A stretch of DNA of 64,000 nt from Gemmatimonadota bacterium (GTDB taxonomy: Bacteria; Gemmatimonadota; Gemmatimonadetes; Longimicrobiales; Gaopeijiaceae), in the NCBI GenBank assembly GCA_039589315.1, contig JBDHHQ010000003.1, positions 96,001-160,000 on the forward strand, given 5' to 3'. The translations under genes were made by a program, and so were the position numbers. Below, piece by piece: positions 39,105-48,875 of the stretch (positions within the stretch are counted from its first letter, which is position 1; each line of letters opens with the position of its first letter). The notes under the pieces were generated by a model. The model was not told the origin of the DNA, ran no database searches, and saw nothing but the letters and a program-made list of their open reading frames with translations.

Positions 39105-40127
39105 ATGCGATCCGCACCGATTGGCCTGGCGTTCGTCACCCTCGTCCTGAGCGCTTGCGCACCGGACGACACCACGCCGCCTGCCACCACGGAAGCGGCG
39201 GCTCCTGCGGCGGTCCCCGACCCCGACGTGGTCATCGGCGCCGACCAGACCCACAACCGGTTCAGCGCAAGGGTCCCGCCGGTGGCGACCGTCGCTTCGG
39301 GAGCCGTGGTCGAGGTCCACACGAAAGAGGCCACGGACGGACAGTTCGACCCGACGTCCACGGCCGACGACGTGGCGACGCTCGACTTCGGCCCCATCCA
39401 CCCGCTGACCGGCCCGGTGTACGTCGAAGGCGCCGAGCCGGGCGACGTCCTCGCCGTGACCCTCCTGGAGATCGAGGTGGGACCCTGGGGCTGGGCGGCC
39501 ATCGCACCCGGTTTCGGCTTCCTCGCCGACCAGTTCACCGAACCCTGGCTCAGGACGTTCGAGATCCCGAAGGGCGCCACGGAGGTGCGGTTCAACGAAC
39601 GGATCCGGATCCCGCTGGCGCCGTTCCCCGGCGTGATGGGCGTGGCCCCGGCCACCGACTCGCTCCTCTCCACGATTCCGCCCCGGGCCAACGGTGGAAA
39701 CATGGACAACCGACACATGACGGCGGGCACCACGGTCTACTTCCCGGTCTTCGTGGAGGGGGCGCTATTCTCGGTGGGCGACACCCATGCCGCCCAGGGC
39801 GACGGGGAGGTGTCGGGCACCGCCATCGAGGCGCCCATGCGGATCCGGTACAGGGTGGAGCTGGTCAAGGGGGGCCGGCCCATCCAGGAGCCACAATACG
39901 AGACGGCGGACTTCTATGCGGTAACCGGCTTCGCCACCACGCTCGACGAGGCGGCGAGGAAGGCGGCGCTGTACATGATCGACTACCTGACGGCAGAGCA
40001 CGGCCTGACCCCGGAGGAGGCCTACGTTCTCGCCTCCCTCGCCGCCGATCTGAAGATCTCCGAGGTCGTCGATGTCCCCCACGTGCTCGTGAGCATGCAC
40101 ATGCCGAAGGCCGTGCTGGGTACCTGA
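39105..40127 (+). CDS. Acetamidase/formamidase family lipoprotein
   Basis: Lipobox LSAC; HPLTGPVYVEGAEPGD, GGNMD, GDTHAAQGDGE. Confidence 0.9.
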   Translation: MRSAPIGLAFVTLVLSACAPDDTTPPATTEAAAPAAVPDPDVVIGADQTHNRFSARVPPVATVASGAVVEVHTKEATDGQFDPTSTADDVATLDFGPIHPLTGPVYVEGAEPGDVLAVTLLEIEVGPWGWAAIAPGFGFLADQFTEPWLRTFEIPKGATEVRFNERIRIPLAPFPGVMGVAPATDSLLSTIPPRANGGNMDNRHMTAGTTVYFPVFVEGALFSVGDTHAAQGDGEVSGTAIEAPMRIRYRVELVKGGRPIQEPQYETADFYAVTGFATTLDEAARKAALYMIDYLTAEHGLTPEEAYVLASLAADLKISEVVDVPHVLVSMHMPKAVLGT

Positions 40128-40169
40128 GTCGGGAGCCGGGACACCGTCACCGGCATCCGTGGTCGCGCG

Positions 40170-40904
40170 CTACAACTCTCTCCGTACGCGAGTGGCCGCC
40201 ATGGCCAGCAGGCGGTGCACCTCGATGAGGATGGCGTCGTCGTAGGCATTGTAGTCGATGAGCGGGTTCTCCCACGACATGTCGCGGAAGACCTCCCCGA
40301 TCACCTTCGCGGTGATCACGAGCGCAGGCTGCCGCTCGTGGAACTCTTCCGTCTCTTCCACCGTGGCCTGTCTGAGGGCGCAGTACAGCGTCCACGTCCG
40401 AGCGACGTCGGGACATCGCCGGCCCTGCGAGCGATCCCATACCAGCTCGTCGCTCAGGATTCCGGCCGTGCGCTCGATGATGGCGAGATCCTCATGCGTC
40501 GGAGGCGCGTCCTCGTCGAACTGGAACCAGAAGCTCAGGTCCACGCCCTCGACGACGGCGTCCTCGACCAGGACCCACGCCACCTGGGTCTTCATGACGG
40601 GTGCGGGGTCGGGCTCGTAGGGGGAGCTCTCGACCTCGACGCCGAGCCGAGGCCAGCCCGGTATCTGCAGGGCCCCAATCCACGTCACGTCCACGGGAAC
40701 AGCCATGGGAGCGTCGCCTCCCACGACCGGCTCGTCGGGCGTGAGCTGCAGGGTCCCACGCCCCTCGTCGAATCCGCGGCAGTCCCCCTGGAAGCTACCG
40801 TCGGCCTGCCCGGCCAGCTCGCACTGGACCCGCTGGGCGGGGAGATGCGAAGGGCCAGAGAGGCCCCCGCCCCAGAGGGTGGCGAGGATCAGCAGCTGTC
40901 TCAT
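40170..40904 (-). CDS. Exported hypothetical protein with C-terminal DUF6197-like domain
   Basis: Signal peptide; WDR...R.CP....WTLYCAL, LIDYN pattern. Confidence 0.6.
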   Translation of the reverse strand: MRQLLILATLWGGGLSGPSHLPAQRVQCELAGQADGSFQGDCRGFDEGRGTLQLTPDEPVVGGDAPMAVPVDVTWIGALQIPGWPRLGVEVESSPYEPDPAPVMKTQVAWVLVEDAVVEGVDLSFWFQFDEDAPPTHEDLAIIERTAGILSDELVWDRSQGRRCPDVARTWTLYCALRQATVEETEEFHERQPALVITAKVIGEVFRDMSWENPLIDYNAYDDAILIEVHRLLAMAATRVRREL

Positions 40905-40926
40905 TAGAGCTCCCCGGCGGGCAGAC

Positions 40927-42801
40927 CTACCACGCGATGCCGTAGTCGTCACCGTGGTGGCTCGAGCCGCCCCAGAAGCTCCCATGCTCCCAGTCGAAGA
41001 ATAGGGCGTTGATGGGGCCGGAGGTTCGCTCCCGGAAGGTCAGGTCGTAGCCCATGGCCCCGAGCTCCTTCACGACCCAGGGTGGCGTCTGCTCCTGCAC
41101 CAGCATCCGGCCGGGGCTGGACTCGTGATCCCCGAACGATCCACGAAGCTGAAAGGTGTTCATGTTGGCCGCTTCCACGGCCTCCTGAACGTTCATGTCG
41201 AACTCGACGACGTTCAGGAAGAACTGCAGCAGGTTCTGGTCCTGCCCGTCGCCGCCCTGGACGGCGAAGGACAGGAAGGGCTTGCCGTCCCTGAGCGCCA
41301 TGCTCGGCGTCAAGGTGGCCCGGGGGCGCTTGCCCGGCTCGATCACGTTGTAGGGGTTCTCACGCTCGTCCAGGACGAAGCTCTGCGCACGTTGACTGAG
41401 ACCCACACCCGTCTCTCCCGCGATCACCGCCGGGATCCACCCACCCGAGGGAGTCACCGAAACCACCCAACCCTCGGTGTCGGCCGCCTGGATGGACGTC
41501 GTGCCGGCGTAGAAGGCGTTCTCGAAGTCCTGCACCTCTTCGGGGCTGGCCTCCGGCGTGACGATGCGGTCCGTGCGCCAACCCTCGAGGAAGCGCTGGA
41601 ACGGGTTCGTCCCGCCCTGGAAGGGGTAGGGATCGCCCGGCCCGATCTCCGGGTCGTTCCGCTCCCAGTCGATCTGCTGGATCCGCAGCTTGGCGTAGTC
41701 CTTCGAGAGGAGGCCCTGGATGGGCTCCTCCGGGGGAAAGTAGGGATCTCCGTAGTAGAAGTCCCGATCCGCGAAGGCCAGGTTCATGACCTGGTAGAGG
41801 GTGTGGAGATAACGCGAACTGTTATACCCCATGCCCTTGAGATCGAAGTTCTCGAGCATGTTCAGAGCCTGGAGCAGAACGGGTCCCTGAACCCAGGTCG
41901 TCAGCTTGTAGACCTCGATGTCCTTGTAGGTCGTCATCACCGGCTCTTCGATGTAGACCTGCCAGTTGTCGAGGTCCTCCATGGTGATCAGGGCGCCGGC
42001 TTCCCGGGCTCCCCGGACGAACGCCTCGGCGATGTCGCCCCGGTAGAAGCGGTCGTAGGCCGCGTAGATGGCCTCCTTCCGGGCTTTGCCCGCCGCCAGC
42101 GCTCGTGCCTCGGCCTCCACTAGGCTCGCGAGCGTTCGGGCCAGGTCGGGCTGCCGGAAGATCTCTCCCTCTCGGGGGCCCGGGTGGTCGGGGTCGTCGG
42201 GGTGCGTGAGATAGACCCTGGCGGAGGTTGGCCACTCCCGGATCTCGTCCGCGCTGCTGTTGATGCGCCGTATGGGATCGGCCTCCATGGGATACCCCTC
42301 GGCCAGCTGGATCGCCGGACCCAGCACGTCGGCGAGGCGCAGCGTCCCGTACTCGGCCAACATGGTCATGAGGCCCCCGGGCGTACCCGGGGTGACGGCC
42401 GACAGGGGACCGGAGCTCGGCGGGTACGCGTGTCCCTTCTCCTCGTAGAAGTCGACTGTGGCACCGCTGGGAGCCACGCCCAGGGCGTTGATGCCGATCA
42501 CCTTCCTCTCGCCCGGGTGGTAGATCAGCGCCTGGGTCTCACCGCCCCAGCTGAGCACGTCCCACATGGTGGCGGTGGCGGCCAGCATGGCAGCGGCCGC
42601 ATCGACGGCGTTGCCGCCCTTCTGAAACATCATGGCTCCGGCCGTGGCGCCGAGGGGCTTGCCGGTGATGGCCATCCAGTGGCTGCCGTGGAGGACGGGC
42701 TTGGCGGTGCGTTGCGCCGCGGCATCGACCGGAACGGCCAGCGTGACCACCGTTGCCAAAACCAGGCCTCCCAGGGCCGCGAGCGGACGAGCGTTGTTCA
42801 T
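40927..42801 (-). CDS. ggt: Gamma-glutamyltransferase, exported
   Basis: GGNAVDAA, GTTSIQAAD Thr nucleophile, PGKRPRATLTP, GGDGQ. Confidence 0.92.
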   Translation of the reverse strand: MNNARPLAALGGLVLATVVTLAVPVDAAAQRTAKPVLHGSHWMAITGKPLGATAGAMMFQKGGNAVDAAAAMLAATATMWDVLSWGGETQALIYHPGERKVIGINALGVAPSGATVDFYEEKGHAYPPSSGPLSAVTPGTPGGLMTMLAEYGTLRLADVLGPAIQLAEGYPMEADPIRRINSSADEIREWPTSARVYLTHPDDPDHPGPREGEIFRQPDLARTLASLVEAEARALAAGKARKEAIYAAYDRFYRGDIAEAFVRGAREAGALITMEDLDNWQVYIEEPVMTTYKDIEVYKLTTWVQGPVLLQALNMLENFDLKGMGYNSSRYLHTLYQVMNLAFADRDFYYGDPYFPPEEPIQGLLSKDYAKLRIQQIDWERNDPEIGPGDPYPFQGGTNPFQRFLEGWRTDRIVTPEASPEEVQDFENAFYAGTTSIQAADTEGWVVSVTPSGGWIPAVIAGETGVGLSQRAQSFVLDERENPYNVIEPGKRPRATLTPSMALRDGKPFLSFAVQGGDGQDQNLLQFFLNVVEFDMNVQEAVEAANMNTFQLRGSFGDHESSPGRMLVQEQTPPWVVKELGAMGYDLTFRERTSGPINALFFDWEHGSFWGGSSHHGDDYGIAW

Positions 42802-43086
42802 GACTTCTCCTTGGTTCTATCGTAGCGGCAGACCCTCGCGCGGCAGCGCGGCCCAGCGGTGGGACGCCAGCGCGGCGCGAGGTCACGGTCATGATGCTGC
42901 CGGTGCGGCTCGTCAGCAAGGAAGCGCGGCGACATGCTGGGGGACCCGAGGCACCGCAGCCCTGCGTTGGACGCGTCCCGTGCGGGGCAACACGGAGAGC
43001 CGCCCCGCGTATGAGCAGAGAGTCGCCGCTTCCGTGCGGGCCGCCGGCCCCCTACCACCGCCACCTCGACCTCCAGTCTCACGACG

Positions 43087-43464
43087 ATGCGACCGCTGAT
43101 GGCAGCAGCTCTCGGCACCGTGGCCCTGGCGGCATGCACCTCCTTGGCCGGCGTGGAGCTCACCGGCGTCCGGCGCTTCACGCCCCTTCCTGCATACTCC
43201 GACTGGTGGACGGAAACCGAGGCGTGCTCCGGTCGAGCCGCGGACTTCGGCCGCATCGAGTGGTGGGAGGCCGAGACGATCACGGTGAACAAGCAGATCG
43301 TGCTGGCTCACTGGGAGAAACCCCACAAGATCACGTTGACGCGCTTTCATGTGGCTACCGCGAGTGTCGTGAGGCACGAGATGCTGCACGACCTGCTCGA
43401 CGGCGACCCGAACCATGCCGACGAGGCCTGGCAGGCGTGCGGTGTCAGCGGTGTGAACGGCTGA
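43087..43464 (+). CDS. Small lipoprotein with HExxH (zincin-like) motif
   Basis: Lipobox LAAC; VVRHEMLHDLL..DPNH. Confidence 0.65.
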   Translation: MRPLMAAALGTVALAACTSLAGVELTGVRRFTPLPAYSDWWTETEACSGRAADFGRIEWWEAETITVNKQIVLAHWEKPHKITLTRFHVATASVVRHEMLHDLLDGDPNHADEAWQACGVSGVNG

Positions 43465-43878
43465 TCACGCCGATGCGTCCCCGGCGAAGGTGTAGCACCA
43501 GGCCTCCCCTTCCAGGACCGTCGTGCCCTCCTGGGTGACCACGTGGACCCCGAGCCGACATACCGGCTTCGTTTCGTGGACCGAGCGGACTTCGGCACGG
43601 GCCGTGATCGTATCTCCGATGTACACGGGAGCGGTGAACTTCCAGTCCTGGCTCAGGAACACCGTCCCCGGACCGGGCAGGTCCATGGCCACCAGGGCGT
43701 GCAGCAGCCCGGTGGTGAGCCCCCCCTGGACGACGCGACGCCCGAACCGGGTCGCGGCGACGAAGGCATCGTCGAAGTGCAGCGGATTGTAGTCACCGGT
43801 GATCTCGGCGAAGAGTCGAACGTGGTCCTCGGTGAGCGTCAACGTGCGGGTCGCGGTGTCTCCGACGGACAGCGGCAT
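43465..43878 (-). CDS. MaoC family (R)-hydratase/dehydratase
   Basis: FAEITGDYNPLHFD, PGPG, FTAPVYIGD. Confidence 0.92.
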   Translation of the reverse strand: MPLSVGDTATRTLTLTEDHVRLFAEITGDYNPLHFDDAFVAATRFGRRVVQGGLTTGLLHALVAMDLPGPGTVFLSQDWKFTAPVYIGDTITARAEVRSVHETKPVCRLGVHVVTQEGTTVLEGEAWCYTFAGDASA

Positions 43879-44070
43879 GGCGCGTGCTCCTCGTGCTTGC
43901 GGGCGGACTGGAGGTCCCTATTGTGGGGGATTCACCACGATCCCACACGTTGCGAGGTAGCGCCCTTCGGCATGAGCGCCCCCCCGAACCTGCAGGAGCT
44001 TCCAGCTGGGTGGAAGGCCCCGGTCGCGGCCGGCGCAACGCCGAGGGCCGGGACCGAGTCCTCCTCGGCC

Positions 44071-44898
44071 GTGACGCGGCGAACCCGCCTGCTAGCGGCT
44101 CTGGCGCTGAGCGCGATCCCGGCCGGGCTGCTGCCGGACACGGCCGACGCGCAACCGGCGAGCCAGGGCTCCGTCCTCGTCGAGTACATCGCCCATGCCA
44201 GCTTCCGCGTGACGTCGCCCGCGGGGCATGCGGTGGTCATCGACCCCTATGCGAGCCGGGTCTGGCTGGGATACGACTACCCGGCCGAGCTGGGCGCCTC
44301 TACCGTGCTCGTCACCCACCCGCACTACGACCACGACGGCGGGCGCTTCCGGGGGCTGGATGTCCCCTGGGATCCCGAGACGCGGGTCATCGACGGGCCG
44401 GGCGAATACGAGATCGGCGACCTGGCAATCCGGGGCGTCCGTGGCAAGCACGCGGACCCGTATGGGAAGGAGTTCGGCCAGGTCAACACGATCTTCGTGC
44501 TGGAGGCGGCCGGGATCCGCATCGCCCACGTCGGGGACAACGGCCCGCTGACGGAGCAGAACGTCAGGGAGATGGGCCGGGTCGACGTGCTCATGCTGCC
44601 CATCGACGGAGACTATCACATCCTGGCTGAAGCGGAGATCCAGGCCATCCTCGAAGCGGTACGGCCCCGCCTGCTCGTGCCCATGCACTACCGGATTCCG
44701 GCCCTCGAGTCGGATCCGGAGAGCCCGTCGGACCTGGGTCCAATAGACCCCTGGTTGGACGGCAAGGACGGGGTGCGCCGACTGTCCTCCCACCGCCTCG
44801 AGCTGAGCAGCTCCGGGCTCAGCCAGGCGCCGTCCATCGTCGTCTTCACACACTCGCCCGAGGTCGGGGCTTCGTCGCCCGAAGGAGACCACTCGTGA
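44071..44898 (+). CDS. Exported MBL-fold metallo-hydrolase
   Basis: Signal peptide; HASF, IDPY, THPHYDH, HVGD, PMHY. Start inferred at GTG 44071. Confidence 0.85.
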   Translation: MTRRTRLLAALALSAIPAGLLPDTADAQPASQGSVLVEYIAHASFRVTSPAGHAVVIDPYASRVWLGYDYPAELGASTVLVTHPHYDHDGGRFRGLDVPWDPETRVIDGPGEYEIGDLAIRGVRGKHADPYGKEFGQVNTIFVLEAAGIRIAHVGDNGPLTEQNVREMGRVDVLMLPIDGDYHILAEAEIQAILEAVRPRLLVPMHYRIPALESDPESPSDLGPIDPWLDGKDGVRRLSSHRLELSSSGLSQAPSIVVFTHSPEVGASSPEGDHS

Positions 44899-46586
44899 CC
44901 GCCACCAGCCTGCCCGGCCGCCTGGGACCCTTGCTCGCGCCCCTGTTGGTCCTCGCCGTCAGCGCCTGCGGCGAGGGGAACGGGCCGGAGCCCACGACCA
45001 TGGCGGGTGCCTCCGACGTCGAGACTCGCCTCGCGCAGTACGCGACCGTCCGGCTCACGACCGACATGTCCGTCCTCAGCGACGACGAGCGGGCCATGAT
45101 CCCCCTTCTCATGGAGGCCATGACGCCCATGGACGAGGCGTTCTGGGTCCAGGCGTTCGGCTCGGAGGAGGCGCTCCTGGGATCCATCGCGGACGCCGCG
45201 ACGCGACGGCTCGTCGAGATCAACTACGGTCCGTGGGACCGGCTCGCGGGCGACGAGGCGTTTCTGCCGAGCGTGGGGGTCAAGCCCAGAGGCGCCAACC
45301 TGTACCCGCCCGACATCACTCCGGAGGAGTTCGAAGTGGCGGTGGCCGCGGCGGACGACGGGGGCGAAGCCTTGCGCAGCCTCTACACGCTGGTCCGCCG
45401 GGACGACGACGGCAGCCTCATGACGATTCCGTATCACCAGGCGTTTGCCGAGCAGCACCGTAGGGCAGCCGAGCTGCTCCTGGAGGCCGCGTCCCTCGCT
45501 CCCCAGGCCAGCCTACGGAAGTACCTGGAGCTCCGCGCCCGCGCGTTCATGGACGACGAGTACCGGGAGAGCGACATGGCGTGGCTGGACATGAAGGACA
45601 ACCGCCTGGACGTGGTGATCGGACCCATCGAGGTCTACGAGGACCAGCTGAACGGGTTCAAGGCCGCCCACGAGGGCTACGTGCTGGTCAAGGACATGGA
45701 GTGGAGCGAGCGCCTGGCCCGCTTCGCCCAGTTCCTGCCGGCGCTCCAGGAAGGACTTCCCGCCCCGGACGCCTACAAGCAGGAGCGGCCTGGGACGAAT
45801 GCCGAGCTCAACGCGTACGATGTCCTTTACTACGCGGGCCACGCGAACGCAGGATCCAAGACCATCGCCATCAACCTGCCCAACGACGAGACGGTGCAGC
45901 TGGCCAAGGGTACGCGGCGACTTCAGCTCAAGAACGCCATGCGGGCCAAGTTCGACGAGATCCTGGTTCCCATCGCAGAGGTCCTGATCGCGGATGACCA
46001 GCGGCCGCACGTCACGTTCGACGCCTTCTTCGGGAACACGATGTTCCATGAGGTGGCGCACGGCCTGGGGATCAAGAACACGATCAACGACCGGGGGACG
46101 GTGAGGGAAGCGCTGCGCGAGCACTATTCGCCGATGGAGGAGGGCAAGGCCGACGTGCTCGGCCTGTACATGGTGACGCAGCTCTTCGACCAGGACGAAA
46201 TGACCGAGGGCGACCTACGCGACAACTACGTCACCTTCATGGCCAGCATCTTCCGGTCGGTGCGCTTCGGGGCGTCGAGCGCCCACGGGCGGGCGAACAT
46301 GGTGCGCTTCAACTTCTTCCAGGAGCGGGGCGCATTCGTGCGGGACGAGGCGACGGGCACCTACCGGGTGGACTTCGAGCATCTGCGGCGCGCCATGGCG
46401 GAGCTCTCGGAGCTGATCCTCACTCTCCAGGGGGACGGGAACCACCAGGGCGCCGGTGCTCTGCTCGCCGAGCAGGGACGCGTCGGGCCGGGGCTTCAGG
46501 CGGATCTGGACCGGCTGGCCGAGGCGGGGATTCCCGTCGACCTCGTCTTCGAGCAGGGGATGAGCGTGTTGGGAGGCGGCGGCTGA
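44895..46586 (+). CDS. Dipeptidyl peptidase III (M49) family lipoprotein, HExxH type
   Basis: Lipobox VSAC; INYGPWDRL, GPIEVYED, NLPND, FHEVAHG, EEGKAD; GTGA overlap with the upstream gene. Confidence 0.88.
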   Translation: MTATSLPGRLGPLLAPLLVLAVSACGEGNGPEPTTMAGASDVETRLAQYATVRLTTDMSVLSDDERAMIPLLMEAMTPMDEAFWVQAFGSEEALLGSIADAATRRLVEINYGPWDRLAGDEAFLPSVGVKPRGANLYPPDITPEEFEVAVAAADDGGEALRSLYTLVRRDDDGSLMTIPYHQAFAEQHRRAAELLLEAASLAPQASLRKYLELRARAFMDDEYRESDMAWLDMKDNRLDVVIGPIEVYEDQLNGFKAAHEGYVLVKDMEWSERLARFAQFLPALQEGLPAPDAYKQERPGTNAELNAYDVLYYAGHANAGSKTIAINLPNDETVQLAKGTRRLQLKNAMRAKFDEILVPIAEVLIADDQRPHVTFDAFFGNTMFHEVAHGLGIKNTINDRGTVREALREHYSPMEEGKADVLGLYMVTQLFDQDEMTEGDLRDNYVTFMASIFRSVRFGASSAHGRANMVRFNFFQERGAFVRDEATGTYRVDFEHLRRAMAELSELILTLQGDGNHQGAGALLAEQGRVGPGLQADLDRLAEAGIPVDLVFEQGMSVLGGGG

Positions 46587-46607
46587 CGACCTGACGGGCG
46601 CCGGTGA

Positions 46608-46706
46608 GGGCTTCTCTCGTCTCTCCTGCGTGGCCACGGTCCCGGCCAGGCGACGAGCCCGGGTCTCAGGCCGCTTCGCGCTCACGATCCACCGGACGTA
46701 CTCAGA
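46608..46706 (-). pseudogene. Fragment of a YdeI/OmpD-associated (OmdA) domain
   Basis: EYVRWIVSAKRPETRARRL matches the family signature; no intact upstream domain and no proper stop. Confidence 0.6.
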
Positions 46707-46904
46707 CGTGTCGGTCATCCGTTCAGGTGGCTCCTCTCCCTGAGCTCGAAGCACGTCGGACCCGTCCGATCAGGGATCCCGACTGGGCTGGGTGCCGCCG
46801 CCCCTCTCGCGACCCGGCCCCGCTTCGGGGGCGGTTGGGACCCCAGCGATCCACAACACGGGCGCTTGCGCGAACCCGGAACCCGGGCAGCGGGTTTGGT
46901 AGAC

Positions 46905-48125
46905 ATGATGAGCCGAAATCACGAGGCCCACCCAGACGCCCTGGGCCGCTTCGACCAGTCGTTCTTCGTTCGCATGACCCTTTCCTTCCTGGGCTTTCTG
47001 TTGGCCGTGGCCGTGATCGAGCTGGGCCTTCGTTTCGCCTTCGAGGTATACGACTTCCGTCAGCGGCAGGACGGGGCGACGCAGATCGCGGCCGAGCGCC
47101 TCGCGAACGACGTGCGGTCCATCATGCTCAATCGCGGTGGGCCGGTCGCTTCGCGCACCGTCTACCCGATACTGCAGCGCAACTACGAGGTGGCCGGGCT
47201 CTCGGTGGCCATCGAGCCCGCAGCGGTCACGAGCTCGTCGATCCGGGCCGTCTTCGGCTTCGAGCCGCTCGGCCTGCCCCCGTCCTGGCGGGAGGGGACG
47301 CATCACGAGAGCCGCGTGGAGCTCCGCGCCGAGGAGTTCTGCTTGCAGTGCCACGGCGAGGCAGGGGTGGGCGACGTCCTGGGAACGGTGACCGTCCGGA
47401 GCTATCTGGACACGAGTCTCGAGGGGTGGTGGGACGACGTGCGGCTGTCGGTCCCGCTCAACTTCGTGAAGATCGTGGTGAACGTCGCCATCCTCTTCCT
47501 CCTGCTCCGCACCCTGATGACGCCGCTCCTCTCCCTCCGGGCTGCCGTGGCCCGCCTCGCGAAGGGAGCCGGGGGACTCACGACCCGGGCGGACGTGGTG
47601 TCCGCGGACGAGTTCGGTCAGCTGGCCAATGACCTCAACGCCTTCCTCGACCGCGTACAGGAGATCATCGCGGACCTCGAGGTGGCGGTCACCCGGATGA
47701 TGGCGTTGAACGGCCGCCTCGAGGGCGTGAGCGTGCGAGGTCGGGCCCACGTGGCGCGCCTGAGTGGCCTGCTGCACTCGTCCGTGGTCACGATGGGGCA
47801 TGGGATGCTCGCCACCAATCCGGACGGGGTCTCGGACCTCCATCGACTCGTCGATGAGCTGGAACGACGGGTCGGCGCGAGCGACGAAGATGGCCAGCGG
47901 AAGCTCCGCAGGTTGCGGCAACGACTCGAGGGGATCCGCCGTGAGTGGCGGCGCTACGGCCGGATCCGGAGCGACCTCCCGCGCCTCGTCGAGGAGGTGC
48001 ACGAGGTGCGCCACGTGATGCAGGAGGTGGGCTTCCTCGAGGATCAGCTCGCCGGTGTCATGGAGGCGGGTCGCAGGGTGCTCGGTCGTCTGGCGGGCCC
48101 GGCCGGCGAGGAGCAGTCCGCGTAG
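46905..48125 (+). CDS. Membrane sensor: periplasmic c-type heme domain (CLQCH) + HAMP + helical tail
   Basis: Two TM helices flanking CLQCH; HAMP DEFGQLANDLNAFLD; no kinase or MCP signature recognised. Confidence 0.75.
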   Translation: MMSRNHEAHPDALGRFDQSFFVRMTLSFLGFLLAVAVIELGLRFAFEVYDFRQRQDGATQIAAERLANDVRSIMLNRGGPVASRTVYPILQRNYEVAGLSVAIEPAAVTSSSIRAVFGFEPLGLPPSWREGTHHESRVELRAEEFCLQCHGEAGVGDVLGTVTVRSYLDTSLEGWWDDVRLSVPLNFVKIVVNVAILFLLLRTLMTPLLSLRAAVARLAKGAGGLTTRADVVSADEFGQLANDLNAFLDRVQEIIADLEVAVTRMMALNGRLEGVSVRGRAHVARLSGLLHSSVVTMGHGMLATNPDGVSDLHRLVDELERRVGASDEDGQRKLRRLRQRLEGIRREWRRYGRIRSDLPRLVEEVHEVRHVMQEVGFLEDQLAGVMEAGRRVLGRLAGPAGEEQSA

Positions 48126-48167
48126 CGGCCTTCCCGAGTCGGGAATCCGACCAGCGAGCGGACCAGG

Positions 48168-48701
48168 CTACCAGTCGGACGCCGCTTCCTCCTCCTCGAT
48201 CTTGCGGATCTCCGACTGGAGACGCTCCCACTCGTCGGAGCTCACGGCGGCGCCGACGGGCTGTGGCTCCCGCGACCGGATGCTCCGCCGAAGCACCAGC
48301 CCCACCAACACCCCGCCCATCACCAGCGCCATGACGGGCGTCAGATACCCGACCCAGTTGAAGCCCTCCAGGGGCGGGGCGATCAGAACGGCCTTCCCGT
48401 ACTCGGTCACGAACTCGTCGAGAATCGCGTCCTCGGTCGCGCCCCCCTCCAGAAGCTGGAGCATCCGGGCGGACCAGCGGGGAGAGACTCCGCACTGCAT
48501 GTTCAGCTGACAGGTGTGGAGGTCGAGTGTGCATCCACAGCTGCAACGCAGGCTCTGCTCCAGAACGCGGAGCTTCGCCCCGAGCTCGCCCTCGTGGTTG
48601 TGCGTGTAGGTGGTCGACGGGTCGTAGGCCGCATGCTCGGGGCCGGTCGACTGAGGACCGCCCTGTATGGCGGTTGCCAGGAGGATCGCCGTGATCTTCA
48701 T
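48168..48701 (-). CDS. ccmH: Cytochrome c biogenesis CcmH/CycL-like protein
   Basis: LRCSCGC..., ILDEFVTEYG..VL.APP..GFNW..Y..P followed by a TM helix. Confidence 0.75.
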   Translation of the reverse strand: MKITAILLATAIQGGPQSTGPEHAAYDPSTTYTHNHEGELGAKLRVLEQSLRCSCGCTLDLHTCQLNMQCGVSPRWSARMLQLLEGGATEDAILDEFVTEYGKAVLIAPPLEGFNWVGYLTPVMALVMGGVLVGLVLRRSIRSREPQPVGAAVSSDEWERLQSEIRKIEEEEAASDW

Positions 48702-48875
48702 CCGTTCCTGCTCGTCTGTGATTGTCCCACGCCCGTCGAAGCTCCGGCTCTCATACCGCCTTCGGGCGAGTCGGGTCCCTGCCAGCGAACCCGGGACGAT
48801 GGAGCGGCGAGCCAGGGGCCAGCGCCGCGCTGTCCTTCACGGTACCCACTCCTCCCGGCTGGAGGAAGAGGCCAC

